DNA of 64,000 nt from Lama guanicoe (lineage: Eukaryota). The notes under the pieces are model-generated. The model ran no database searches, was not told the DNA's origin, and worked only from the letters and a program-made list of their open reading frames with translations. Positions within the stretch are counted from its first letter, which is position 1. Every line of letters starts with the position of its first letter. Shown here in pieces: positions 37,205-48,540 of this stretch. The position numbers and the translations under genes were made by a program. The stretch is from NCBI GenBank assembly GCA_013239625.1, contig MU054187.1, positions 1,057,587 through 1,121,586 of the forward strand, given 5' to 3'.

Positions 37205-38751
37205 AAGTTTTAGGGGTCACACTGTGTATATTAACTTGTTACAACTTAACTCAGAGCCACCATAACTCTGTTATGGTAAAATGTAGAAATTTGCTCCAGT
37301 ATCTCTCCCTGTCCTCCACTCCTTTTGTGTTAATATAATTGTATCATATCTGTATGTTATAAGGCCCCCCAAAAAGTGTGATCATTATTGCTTTATACTA
37401 TCTTATGTCTTTCAAATAGGTTAGTAGGAGAAAGAGAATATAAATTTATAGTCTTTTATATACAGCCGTATAATTACTGTCCCAGCACGCATTTCTTTCT
37501 GTCAGTTTGAATTACTCTATTATTTCCTTTCATTCTAAAGGATTTATTTTAGTATTTCTTGTCAGTCAGGTCTAGTAGTGACAGATTTTTTTAGTCCTTT
37601 TTATTTCTGAAATTGTCTACATTTTGCCTTCATTTTTGAAGGTAAGTTTTGCTGGTTATGAAAGTCTTAGTTGGCAGTACTTTTCTGTTATCAATTTGAG
37701 TATAATGGGAGATTTTTTTGCTTGTTACTTGTGATAAGTCAGCCATTGAGCGTGTTGTGTGTGACTGATCATTTATCTCTCGCTGCTAACACAGTTTTCT
37801 TTTTCTTTAGTTTTCAACAGTTTGACTGATGTGTCCAGATGTTACTCTTTGTCTTTATTCTGTTTGGGATTTATTTGTTTTCTTAAATCTGTGGATTTAA
37901 GTTTCCCATTATATTTAGGAATTTGAGTTATTATTTCTTCATGCATTTTCCCTTCTATTTCTCTTTCTCCTGTGGCTCAGTTTCATGTTTACTGTGCTTG
38001 ACATTTTCCCTCAGGTTTTTAAAGCTTTGCAAATTTTTATTTAATCTTTCTCCTTGTTCTTCGGACTGGGTAATTTATTTTACTTTAAATTCAATGTTGC
38101 TGATTCTTCTTCTCACATCTAAAATTTTCTGTTAAGCTCAACTAGAGAATTTATTTTAGCCATTGTACTTTTTACCAATTTTCAGTTGGTTCTTTTTTAA
38201 AAAATGATGTCTATGCTTGTTGAGATTCTCTATTGTTGAGCCACTGCATTCTCCTTAAATTCTTTAGATGTTATCTCCATTAGCTCTTTGGATGTATTCA
38301 TGAGCGCTCCCTTGAAGTTTTGGCTGCAGTGCACATCTAGTGGGAGTCAGAAGAAATACATGTGGACCTTTATTTTTTCTAAGTTTTAGTTATACTTTGT
38401 TTCTTTTCATGTTCAAACATTTGTTTTTGCTTAATAATGAACGTTTTTATAATTTATTTTAGCAGCACTGGATTCTGACTGTTTCCACTGAGTGTTGTCA
38501 TTGTGTTTGTTTCTTTACTTGTTTTGCAACTTGCTGGGACCAATTTATGAACGTTTCTTCCCTGTGATGTGCCTGGTTATTCCTCTACTCAGTCTTTTGT
38601 TGTTTTCTTTTTAAGTCTGGATCACGACTGATAATTGCTCTTTGAATAGTTTAAGGTTCATCTTAATCTTGACAAAAAATATGCTTAGACCGTTAGCCAG
38701 TGAAGTCTCTGGTCTCTGTTGCAAGGTTAACGTTTGATCTGGAGACAGTTT

Positions 38752-38917
38752 TTATTTTTTAAATTTTTATTTAAAATTTTTTTAAATTTTTTTTTGGGAG
38801 GGGAAGGTAATTAGGTTTATTTTTATTTATTTATTTTTTAATGGAAGTCCTGGGGATTGAAGCCAGGACCTCATGCATGCTAAACACACACTCTACCACT
38901 GAGCTAGACCCTCCCCC
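38752..38917 (-). mobile_element. Camelid Vic-1-type tRNA-derived SINE
   Basis: Minus strand reads GGGGGAGGGTCTAGCTCAGTGGTAGAGTGTGTGTTTAGCATGCATGAGGTCCTGGCTTCAATCCCCAGGACTTCCATT...AATAAACCTAATTACC plus an A-rich tail. A/B boxes are visible; probable TSD ggagacagttt/ggagagagttt. Confidence 0.92.
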
Positions 38918-41414
38918 AGGGAGAGAGTTTCTAAATGTCAGGCCATCATGAAGCTTCCCTGGCTGCTTCTAGTGGACTCTATTGTGCCCCCCTGCACATA
39001 CACACAGGTTTCTTTTGCCAGGATGTTTGGGTGTTTTAGTGTCTCCTGGCCTCTGCTGTACACACACTGACGCCTTCCTCAAAGTCGGGAATGTGTGGGT
39101 AGCTTTTCAAGTCCCCACGGCTGTCTCAACTTCTTTAGCATCCTCTTAACCCCATGCTACTCCTACAGCCCGCTCTTTGCCCGAATACGACCTTGGTCTC
39201 AAGCTACTAGAGTCCTGGCCTCTCCAGTTCCCACTAAGATTTGCCAGTGTAACTGCCCATGCCGCCAGTCTTCATGGCCTGTTCCACTAAGACAACAGAA
39301 CAAGGACAGTCTCAGACAAAACAGCTGCAGACTGTTGGGTGCTCTTTTCACTGTCCTTAGCTGAAGGTTTGTAGTCTCCAGGAATAACACTTCTCAGCCA
39401 GTTATATGACTTTGGTCAGATTTCAGAACTCTGCAATAGCTGATTTTGATCATTTTTCCAGCTTTGTAGTTGATTTTTAAGAGGAAGACGTGTCTATTCA
39501 TGCCAGAAGTCAGAACAACATTTTATACAAATGCTTATATAAAAAGCTTGAGGCACTTCGACAGTTTTTCCTTTCAAATCTGTTGTTCAATAGTTGAAGT
39601 CGATTTTGTGCCCAAAGGTTACCCCATGAGGCCACATTTAATCAAACACTGCAGACATAGTCCAAGCCTTTCAGTGAGAGAAGTGGCTTATAATGAAGAG
39701 CAGTAAGGCCACTGGAAGCCAGTACTGACTTCATCCCTAGTGTACAAATCCAGGTCTTAAACGTGTGAATTTTACATAAAGCATCATATTCTTTCACTGC
39801 CAGAATTCTATTCATCAGAAACGGTGCATGGTGCATCTAAGCTGTAAGATTATTTAAGCAGCCACTTCAAGCATTTGTTTGATTTGTGTGCTAATATTTC
39901 GCTGTTTCCCTAATACAGATATATATCTGTGTCATGATATATTACTGTTTCTTGGGAAAAAATTAACTGCCAGAATGATGGAGCTATGTTTGCTTATGCT
40001 TTTCATTTGCTCAATGCATCAAGCTGGCCTACTACCCAGTCAGTAATTTTACAATATCTTATTATTATTCAATATTGTGAATCTTTGGTTCTGCAGATAA
40101 TATCACATGGCTTTCTTTAATCTACAATTACTAGAAAAAGACACTACACACCAATTTAATGCCTTCTTGACCGTCCTCAATATGTGGATGTCACTTTTAT
40201 TGATAATTTTTTTAAACTCTAAGTGTCTCATTCTTAGAACCTTAAACACACAAAATATTTTATGTACATTTTCATTCTAAATTGAATATATACTCCAACA
40301 CCCATCTATCTCTTAAAGACCGTCACTATGCCTGATACTGGATGGTTCTTCTGGAGAGAATACTGAGCTAAATATTATGTAGTGATACAACATCTTTAAA
40401 TACACTGTAATTTTCCCCCAAATCTGGATGACCAGAATTTACATGACTTTGGATACGTTACTTTTGAATCTCTGCTTTAATTGCTTTGTGATTCAAGTGA
40501 GAGTAAACAATTGTACTATCAATGCCTAGAATTACTAATTATGAACATATTTGTAATTATAATTGATTATGAGTATGTTTATAATTTTTACATGTATTAC
40601 TAAAGGTACACTCTCAAGTAATATGATGCAATAGCAGGAAGCCAGTTCACAACATTTTCATGTTATAAAGTAATTATGGAGGAAATTGGATGAAACCTCT
40701 TAAACATTTTTTCAAATAATTTTTCTTTCATAATTAAAATTATACATGAAAATTGTAGAATATTTAGGACACACAGAAAATGTATGCAAGTCAAAGCAAC
40801 TCAATAATCCCACCAAGGAGAGCAGTGAGTCTTCAGAGGAAAGCTCATCGATCGCTGAAACGCTCCTTCGTTTCTCAGCAGCTGTATCTGCGTGCTTTTG
40901 AAGTTAACAGTTCATAAAACTGACTTCCTTCTCCCTTTTTCCTTCTTCCCTTCCTCCCACATCATATGCTGAGCACAGAAGGTTCTGAGCACTGCAGCCG
41001 GCCCTGGGGAGGCTGTCTGGTAACTCAGCATAGTCTCGTCCTCATTTAGACTACGTTTTCCTGGAGGATCAGGAGCTGAAGCACCCAGAGCGAGATGCGC
41101 TCTGTGCACAGTGTGATCAGCCCCTCAGTTGTGTCTTCACATCCTCCGGCTCTTTCCCTTTTTCTTCTCTCTTCCTCTGGTGTTTAATTCATCCTGAGGT
41201 TGACTTCAGTGTCATGTCACACAGACGGTCTGTCCTGGAGTCTGGACTGAATATCTCCTGCTCGTATTCAGCAGGAGGTAAAGCACACCCAACCTCTGAG
41301 CCCGGAATGTAAACGATTCTCATCTGATGAGACCATTAAGTCACGAGTCAAACCTGGAACAGGGAAGATCTTCAGGGACTTTCATATGTTCATTCACTTA
41401 CAAAACTGCACTCA

Positions 41415-41525
41415 TTCATGGCTGTGCTTTAGAATTTTTGGAAAAATGTATGAAACACATGATGCCCAGGTCCCACGCTAGACCTGTTAAATCGGAATCT
41501 CTGATGTTGGGGACTTGGCAGTTGA
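41415..41525 (+). mobile_element. MER5B-like fragment
   Basis: tgatgcccaggtcccacgctagacctgttaaatcggaatctctg. Confidence 0.55.
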
Positions 41526-43629
41526 ACTTGTGAGGGTTGCACACTTCCAGTCAGGCCTGGGACCTGGCTTGGAGTGATGAGGATTTGCCTTTTGCCTTGT
41601 GATGGGTGGGAACTCCGGTTACACCGAGGTTCTCTGAGAAAGGAGGGACTGACTTAGGGTCTGGGTTTTTCCCATTTTTCTGGAGGGTTAAGGCAGAGGT
41701 GGCATGCGGTGCGAGGAGAAGGACCTGAGGGGGCACAGAAAGCTGACCTGGGCTGGGAGCTGGGTGCAGGCAGCAATGGGGACTTGCCGGACCCGCGTCC
41801 CACAGGCAGATTCCCAGGGTCAGCTGTTCGCTACAGCGCAGTGTGGGGATGGTGGTGGGTGCAGAGGGAGAAACGACTCGGAGACCATGGAAGCTCTGCA
41901 CCTAAGCCTGTGAGGAGACTATGCATCGAATTCACTCAGCGACGAAGGACCTGAGGACACGGCCCAGATCCAAGGGAGCAGGAGGACGAGGGTCAGGATG
42001 TAGGGTCAGGTAGCGTGGTCTGACGGCCAGGGTCAGTGCTGTTGGATGACAGCCAGTGTTCTGCTGAATGACCAGTCGCAGCAAACTGACCCCGAGGGCG
42101 TGGAACGTGAGTTAATCCCTATGTCTGTCACGCAGAGAGCTGAGAAGTTCAGGGAGAAAGGCTAGGAAGGTAACATCCCGGTTGTGTTTGCAGTGCCTGG
42201 GTCGCTGCAGGGAGGCTGGCCTAGGGTGTGAGAGGGCAGCAGGCCTGAGTCAGCTGAATGTGGTCACAAACAGGGACAAGGGTTTCTCTGTTGTTTCCAA
42301 GAGATCATTAAAAATATGGGCCTGGTGATCATCACAGGAGGGGGGAAAAACAGAGCAAAACAAAACAGCACTTTATGGGGGAGAGGGGCAAACTGTCACT
42401 CAGCATTGCACATTGTGTAACATAGTGAAGAGCTGGAGTGCCAGGTCTAAAAGCAGCGGTGGGAACATTTTAGGCAGCTGAGGGAGTGGATGGAAACAGG
42501 CAGGTTTTGGAATATTCTTTGTGAAGGTAAGTGTGGTCGGTGGTTTTCCGCAGTTCTAAGGGAGGACGTTTGCACTGGTCTTTCTGTTTTTTCTACACAG
42601 CAAAGGCTTCAAGGCCTTGCTGGGATTGAGTGCCCGCGGTCTGTGATATTACACCATTATGTTCCCGATGGTTTTGTGAAGTAAGTGAGAGATTGTCATG
42701 TCTATTTTTTTTCATCTGTTCTCTGTTATTGAATTTTTGTGAACAAGATGTCTTAGAAAGTCTCAGGAATGCTTGACTCATTTCCAGTTCCTTCTTTCGT
42801 TGATACACTATTTCTCTCAGTTGTTACGACCTGCCGGGGATTCTGGCTTCCTCTGAAAGGGTCAGATTTGCCTTTGATCATAAAAAGTCTGTGCTCAAGT
42901 ACCCCAAGCTTTGATTTCTCAAACAGGAAGCCTGCGTTGTCCCAGAGGGCCTGGAAACCTCTGTAATGTGGTGCACTGTTTTACCATGTCAGTAGAAATG
43001 TCTTCTTTCAATAACTTCAGGCATCTTTACATGATATCAAAATAGTATTTTAAAACTCTGTTTTCTCTTGCTTGCCTTTCCCTCCATTTCCTTTTTGTTT
43101 CTAAAATGTTTTAGGTGCTTTCATGTGAAAGAATATTTTTATAAAATCAAACCGTATAATTGTCTATAGACATATTCTACTTAGCTCAGTGAGTATTTTC
43201 GATCAAAGTATAAACTTGATAATCTTCCTTACTGTAAAGTATGTGTGTATAATATTCATCGTTAAACGTGAGTCCAAATTACATAGCAGACAACCATGGA
43301 AAGTCCTATTGTCCTTAAAACGTGTTGAGAAGGTATTTCAGAAGACAGAAATTCCAGAGTCGTACGGATCGTGCATCGTAGTATGGCAGTGAAGGTTCTT
43401 CGGCCAACAAATAGAAATTAAACACAGCTAACCAGTGCCAAAAAACTGGATAAACATTGACTAATCTGTTGCGTTCTTCTGCTTCCTCTGCACGACTGGT
43501 GAATGGTAATTGATAGCAAGTCTGGAAATAGCTGACTCATCACAGAAATATCTTTACAACCACTCCGGACACCAGTTTCCTCCAACATGTGAAATAAGAG
43601 TTGGAACAGAGTGTCATATTTGCTCTAAA

Positions 43630-43918
43630 CCTAGAACAGTATCTTTCCACTACCTAGAATGCCCTTGTCCACTTTTCTGCCTGGTGAGACTCTTACTCAC
43701 ACTTTAAAAGCCAAGACAAATGCCACTTCCTTGGGACGTGTTCCCAGTTCACCAGGATATGTCTGCTAATTTCTCCCCTGTGCTGCTGACCAGACAGTAT
43801 CAGTGTACCTCTATCACCACACCTTTACCTGGCTTTACCTGCAGTGTGAAGACTCATTTCTCCTTAACTATTGTAAGGTCTTTGAGGCAGGTTTTCAATT
43901 TTATTCACTTTGTATATT
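43630..43918 (+). mobile_element. L2 fragment
   Basis: cctagaatgccctt...ctcttactcacactttaaaagcc...actattgtaaggtctttgaggcagg. Confidence 0.6.
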
Positions 43919-43919
43919 A

Positions 43920-44455
43920 CTCAAGTGGTTTCCGTTGCAAGTGATAAAAATCCAGTCCTAAAATGGCTTAAGCAGATGAGGAATTAACTGGCTAGTAACT
44001 TGCCACTGAAGACCTAGGGGTGGAGCTGGTCCTGGGCTCACCTTCAGCGAGGTCTCAAAGCACACCACAGAGAGGCAGCTCCCTCTCCATCCCTCACCTT
44101 CTCTTCTTCCAGGCTGGTTTCCGTATGAGGCCAGCTCTCCCCTCACAGCGGTAAGGGGGTGTCAGCCCTACAGCTTCACAAATTAAACAGCAGTAGACTT
44201 GGAGAAGTGCAGTTTTAGAAAGTCCTATTTAAGTCCTGAGATTCACCTGGAAATGGGAGGAAGTCCACCTCTAAGTTATTAGTGTAGAAGGTGAAGATGA
44301 TGATCTAACTGGGCCCTGTGCCGCATGTTTGGACCCATGGGACCACCTTCAGGCTATGCAGAATGAGCACCACAGAAGGCTCCAGGAAAACTCTAGGGCT
44401 GTTGACAGATAAGAGGACATGGGTGCTGGGCAGGACACAATGAAGACGAGCTGTT
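43920..44455 (-). mobile_element. Old MLT1 (J/K/L-like) MaLR LTR inserted in L2
   Basis: gttgcaagtgataaaaatccagtcctaaaatggcttaagcaga...atgggtgctgggcagg. Confidence 0.6.
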
Positions 44456-45290
44456 GTGTCTGCATACCTTACCCAGGCTAGAGCCTCAAGAGCACAGCTC
44501 GGGGTGAAGACATAAAGTACACTGAATATAGGAAAAACAAATGAAAAAAGGATAGCAAGATAGCGCTCCTAGAGTCAAGACCTTTTCTAAAATCATGCTC
44601 CTCGGGGCTTCACTTAAGAACAAGTGTATTAAAAATGCTCAAAGCTAATAAAAGTTGACCAGCGCTCATAAGAATGTTCCTGGACCAAATAATGTATTTT
44701 TCAAAATAAAATTTTAGTTTCTCTTGAGTACGAATGAGAACAGTGGCTTGGATAATCAAAAAAAAGTTGATAATTAGAAAATTTTTTTCTTAATTTGCAG
44801 TTAGAGAAAAAGTAGATTATATATTTTTCTTCTTAAATGTGCTTTACTGAAGGTGATATTTTTGTTTTCCTTGAATGTTCTCTGGCTGATGGGTCCCTGA
44901 AGAATGGTGGAGGGTAGCAAGGAGATAACTGGCTCTTTTTTAATTTTAAAATTTATCTTCTGTTTAATGGTCTCTGGAAGCTTCAGTGTAATTTTAATTA
45001 AAACATAAAATTCAACTTGAGTAAAAAGAATGGTGTGGCAGGAACTCAGCCAAGAGGCCAACAGCAATGACAAAACATAAAATCTGTCACATAGGAACCC
45101 CTGGTCAAGATATAAAACTCTTCTGTCCTTTTTCCTACTCTAAGAAAATACCAGAGCGTGCGTTCCTTGCTGGGGCACTTGCCGGTGTTGTAGTTGTGAC
45201 CACCTGCCTTCACTGCTGTTTCATGCCCTTCGGCTTTCTGAGGGCAAAGCCCTGCCCCCCGTCTTCAGTGTCCCATCCTTTACCCAAGGT

Positions 45291-45370
45291 ACGTCCTGAG
45301 CGAGGAGGTGTCAGTGTCCAGAGAAGGCACGTCGTGAGCGAGGAGGTGTCAGTGTCCAGCGAAGAGACGT
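45291..45370. repeat. 38-bp tandem duplication (2.1 copies)
   Basis: acgtcctgagcgaggaggtgtcagtgtccagagaaggc / acgtcgtgagcgaggaggtgtcagtgtccagcgaagag. Confidence 0.92.
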
Positions 45371-45447
45371 ATGGGCCCTAAACAAGAGGCTCGTTGCAGT
45401 CAGTGAAGGAGCTGTCAACAAGCTAAGCCATTACGATTGAGGGGGTT

Positions 45448-45889
45448 TATGGAGACCACCGTGGCAACCACGGACATAGCGCGCAGGTCCCTGACGTGGG
45501 GGCGCGATGACGCGGGCCACATCTGCCCTACCTCGCACCTGTCTGTGCCCCGCACCTGTCTCTCTGCTCCACAGCTGTGTGTCCTACGGCTGCTCGCAGC
45601 GGCGGGTGACTGTGTATGGGTGATTGTAGGCAGGCCCGTTTCTGGAAGGCGTGGGATTCCTCTGACGGCGGTCTTGGGCTCGAGGCCCCTGACAGCCCTC
45701 CAGACTATCCGCAGCCTGCATGGCGGTCTAGGAAGCGTCCCTCAGTCTTCCCTCCTCTTCGCTTGTTCAGCTTTGCATCGTGGTCTCTTGGACCAGACTT
45801 CCTGAACCTCATCTCCATTTTCTCACAGATATTTCTGCTAACGAAATTCTTGTGTGTTGTTTGTATCTCAGAGTACCTGGACTGACACA
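45448..45889 (+). mobile_element. LTR16-like ERVL solo LTR
   Basis: aggcccgtttctggaaggcgtgggattcctctgacggc; 3' end aaattcttgtgtg...tctcagagtacctggactgacaca. Confidence 0.7.
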
Positions 45890-46361
45890 GTCCTGCTACA
45901 TTGACAAATAATTTTATTATTTAACAACCTGTTTGGAGGATGATATTCCTGTGTGAGATTCGATAAATGCAAAGATAAAAGACAGTTAATACTCCTGGGG
46001 AAATCTTACCGTGTTGAGAGGAAGAGTAATTAATTGCAATACAGGAAAGTTGTTCTGATTTATGTAATACGGATTTATCACAAAGGGAGGAGGATGTGAT
46101 TAGTGGAAATGCATCAATGGGTAGAGTTGAAGGAGGAGCCTGAATATCAGAGAATATGAACAAGTCATCTGCATGGAGACAATCACTCAAATATAGATCC
46201 TAGTTGGGGAGCAAACACCCCCAATTATTAGGGCCAACCACGGGCAGGCAGTTGTTAATCGTCCACCAGAGAGGTCTGAGAATCCCTCCCAGCTTGGAGG
46301 TTTTGTTAAAACTCAGCAGGTCTGGGACAAAGCCTGAGACCATACATATTTTCAGTAATGG

Positions 46362-46452
46362 TTGTCCTGAGATATGATTTCCATACCATCAAATTGCTCT
46401 TTGAAGTGTACAGTTTGGTTGTCTTTAACATGTTCACAGAGTTGTGCAATCT
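46362..46452 (-). mobile_element. Short L1M 3'-end fragment, preceded by a MER5-like piece
   Basis: gagatatgatttccataccatcaaatt...aagtgtacagttt...catgttcacagagttgtgcaatc. Confidence 0.7.
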
Positions 46453-46679
46453 TCTCTAGGATATAACAAATTCATCGTGCAGACCTTGCATCAAATAGCA
46501 AAGTGCTAAGTCTGGCCAGCTCATTATCCCACCTTGAATAGTTTGTGTAAAGCCAAGAGAAGGGAAAACTAAAACCCCACGTGGCTCTGGCTTCACGGCA
46601 GGCCTGCTCTTCAGTCCTGCTTGAGGTTTCTCCCTACAGTTTTCACCGAGATTTGGGGAAACCTGGAAAGAGGGTTAAG

Positions 46680-47520
46680 TGAGAAGTTCAGGAAGTTTGC
46701 TCAGAGGAGGCAAAATGGGTTGAGTTTGAAGATGGGGGAGATATCAGTCGGGTTTGGTTATTAACCCTGGCGAAAGCATTACACACCACGATGCTGTGAT
46801 GTGAGAGAACATGGTCTCTTTAAGGCCTGCAAGAGGCTCCGCACATCTGTGATGAAAAGTCTGGAGACGGTAAACTGAGACGAAAGTGAACTGTGACCAA
46901 GTCTTGGAAAGCCCATGTTCCATCCAGGAGTTTGGGTTTTATCTAAAGATGATGAAGAGCCATGCAACAATGTTAAACCACAAAGAAACATGATTAATAG
47001 CCATTGTAGAAAGGCCATTCTGGCAAAAGGTTTGAAGATCAATTTGAAAAAAATTGAAGATGTTTGTAAGTAAACCAACCAGAGAGATTGTCCAGCAACC
47101 AAAGCAATAATTGTTAAGGTCCCAGATAATTCATTTTCAATTAGATTGAGAAGTGAAACACAAGGTAGAAAGATGGATAGAGTTTTGGGAAGATTCAGAT
47201 GAAAGATGTAGAAATGGGGGCCTCTGATGCAAGCCGAGATTTAGCTCCCGTGACTCTGAGAATGCTGAGCACTTTGCCTGAGCGGGGCAAAGGGAGAGGG
47301 AAGGTGTTTGTTTGTGTATCTGACTTCCATTTAGCTGTAGGGCTTGGGAGTTTAGGATGTGAGGCTTGAAGAACAGTTTGAGTGTTGTCTAGCTGTTTGC
47401 TGAAATCATGGTGTGTCTGAGACTGCCTGGCTGGGGAGTGGGACAGCTTCAGCATTTGGAAAGGGGCCTGAGCTAGAAAGCCGGCTTACGGAAACGAAAG
47501 GGGAGGGCTGTGAGCGAGGA
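46680..47520 (-). mobile_element. L2 fragment
   Basis: ggagtttgggttttatctaaagatgatgaagagccatg...tagaaaggccattctggca is antisense L2. Confidence 0.6.
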
Positions 47521-48270
47521 GAAGGATCATGGAACTGAGCTGTGGGTCAGCTCGGGGGAGGAAGCGTTAACAAGGGGGGTGCTGCCTTGCGGCCCCGGCC
47601 CCGTGCCCTGGCCTGTGCAGCTCAGGCCTGGAAACTTCCTGCTGGGCGTGGTATTGAGGAAGTCTCTGCAGGCTACATGGAGTGCAGGTCAGGTAGCATG
47701 TCGCCAAAGAGGTGACACCCTGCTGTTGAGCTTGTGGCGCTGCACTGAGTTGTGTGAGCCCGCACAGCGCTGTGGGGAAGACCGAAGATGGCGGGTTATG
47801 GCTGTGTGCGTTACTGCTGATGTGCATGGTGGTGATGTCCCCTTAGCACTCGCAGGAGAACATGGAACAATGTTGCACCGAGATAGGTATTTTTCCTGTT
47901 GGGTGCCTCTAAATAAAGGTCAAGTGGAAAAAATTCTGAACAAAGGTTAAAATCACGCATTTTGTTTTTTAAAATACCTCCTTTGTGAGTGAGTTTTCCT
48001 TTTTAATGAACCCTGTTTTTTCTTATTCTCCAAGTGAGACATTTGTAGTAAGGGCAAAAGAGGTAATCCATGCAGGTTACTGTGAAATGTAGAAAGTCAT
48101 GTAGCACTGTGAATGATTGCCCTAATTACCATGACCTAAATCTAAGAAACAACTCCTTGAATGACAAGAATTTTTAAGGACAAAAGAACTCTAGTCAAGT
48201 TACAGAAGTTGCACTGTGATTTATTTTACCATTTTTAGTTTTCACACAGAAGTACAGTTTAGTTATGTTG

Positions 48271-48540
48271 TGTGATGGACCGAGTGTTTGTGTATGTCTA
48301 AATTTCATGTGTTGAAACTCTATCCAGTGTGATGACTTTGAGAGGTGGACCTCTGGGAGGTAGTTAGGGATTAGCGCCCTTGTAAGAAGAGGCCCTAGAC
48401 AGCCAGCTCGCCATCCTACCTCAGTGAGAAGCCAGCCGTCTGCAACCGAGAAGAGCGCTCTCACTAAACCTGACCAGGCTGGCACCCTGCTCTCAGACTT
48501 CCAGCCTCCAAAACTGTGAGAAATAATCTGTTTTTTAACT
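48271..48540 (+). mobile_element. MLT1A-like MaLR LTR, 3' end missing
   Basis: tgtgatggaccgagtgtttgtgt...gctggcaccctgctctcagacttccagcctccaaaactgtgagaaataa. Confidence 0.88.

Larger units (their letters stand above)
36890..39513 (-). mobile_element. Old L1 (L1ME-type) 5' UTR/ORF1 region, interrupted by MER58A and a Vic-1 SINE
   Basis: Antisense ORF1-region motifs (gtatttcttgtcagtcaggtctagtagtgacaga, gccttcatttttgaagg, ttcaacagtttgactgatgtgtccaga). 5' terminus-like tgattttgatcatttttccagc...ccagaagtc. Confidence 0.75.

Noticed and set aside
38845..38917. tRNA-Ala-like sequence
   Set aside because: It is the head of a SINE with a tail and TSD, not a tRNA gene.
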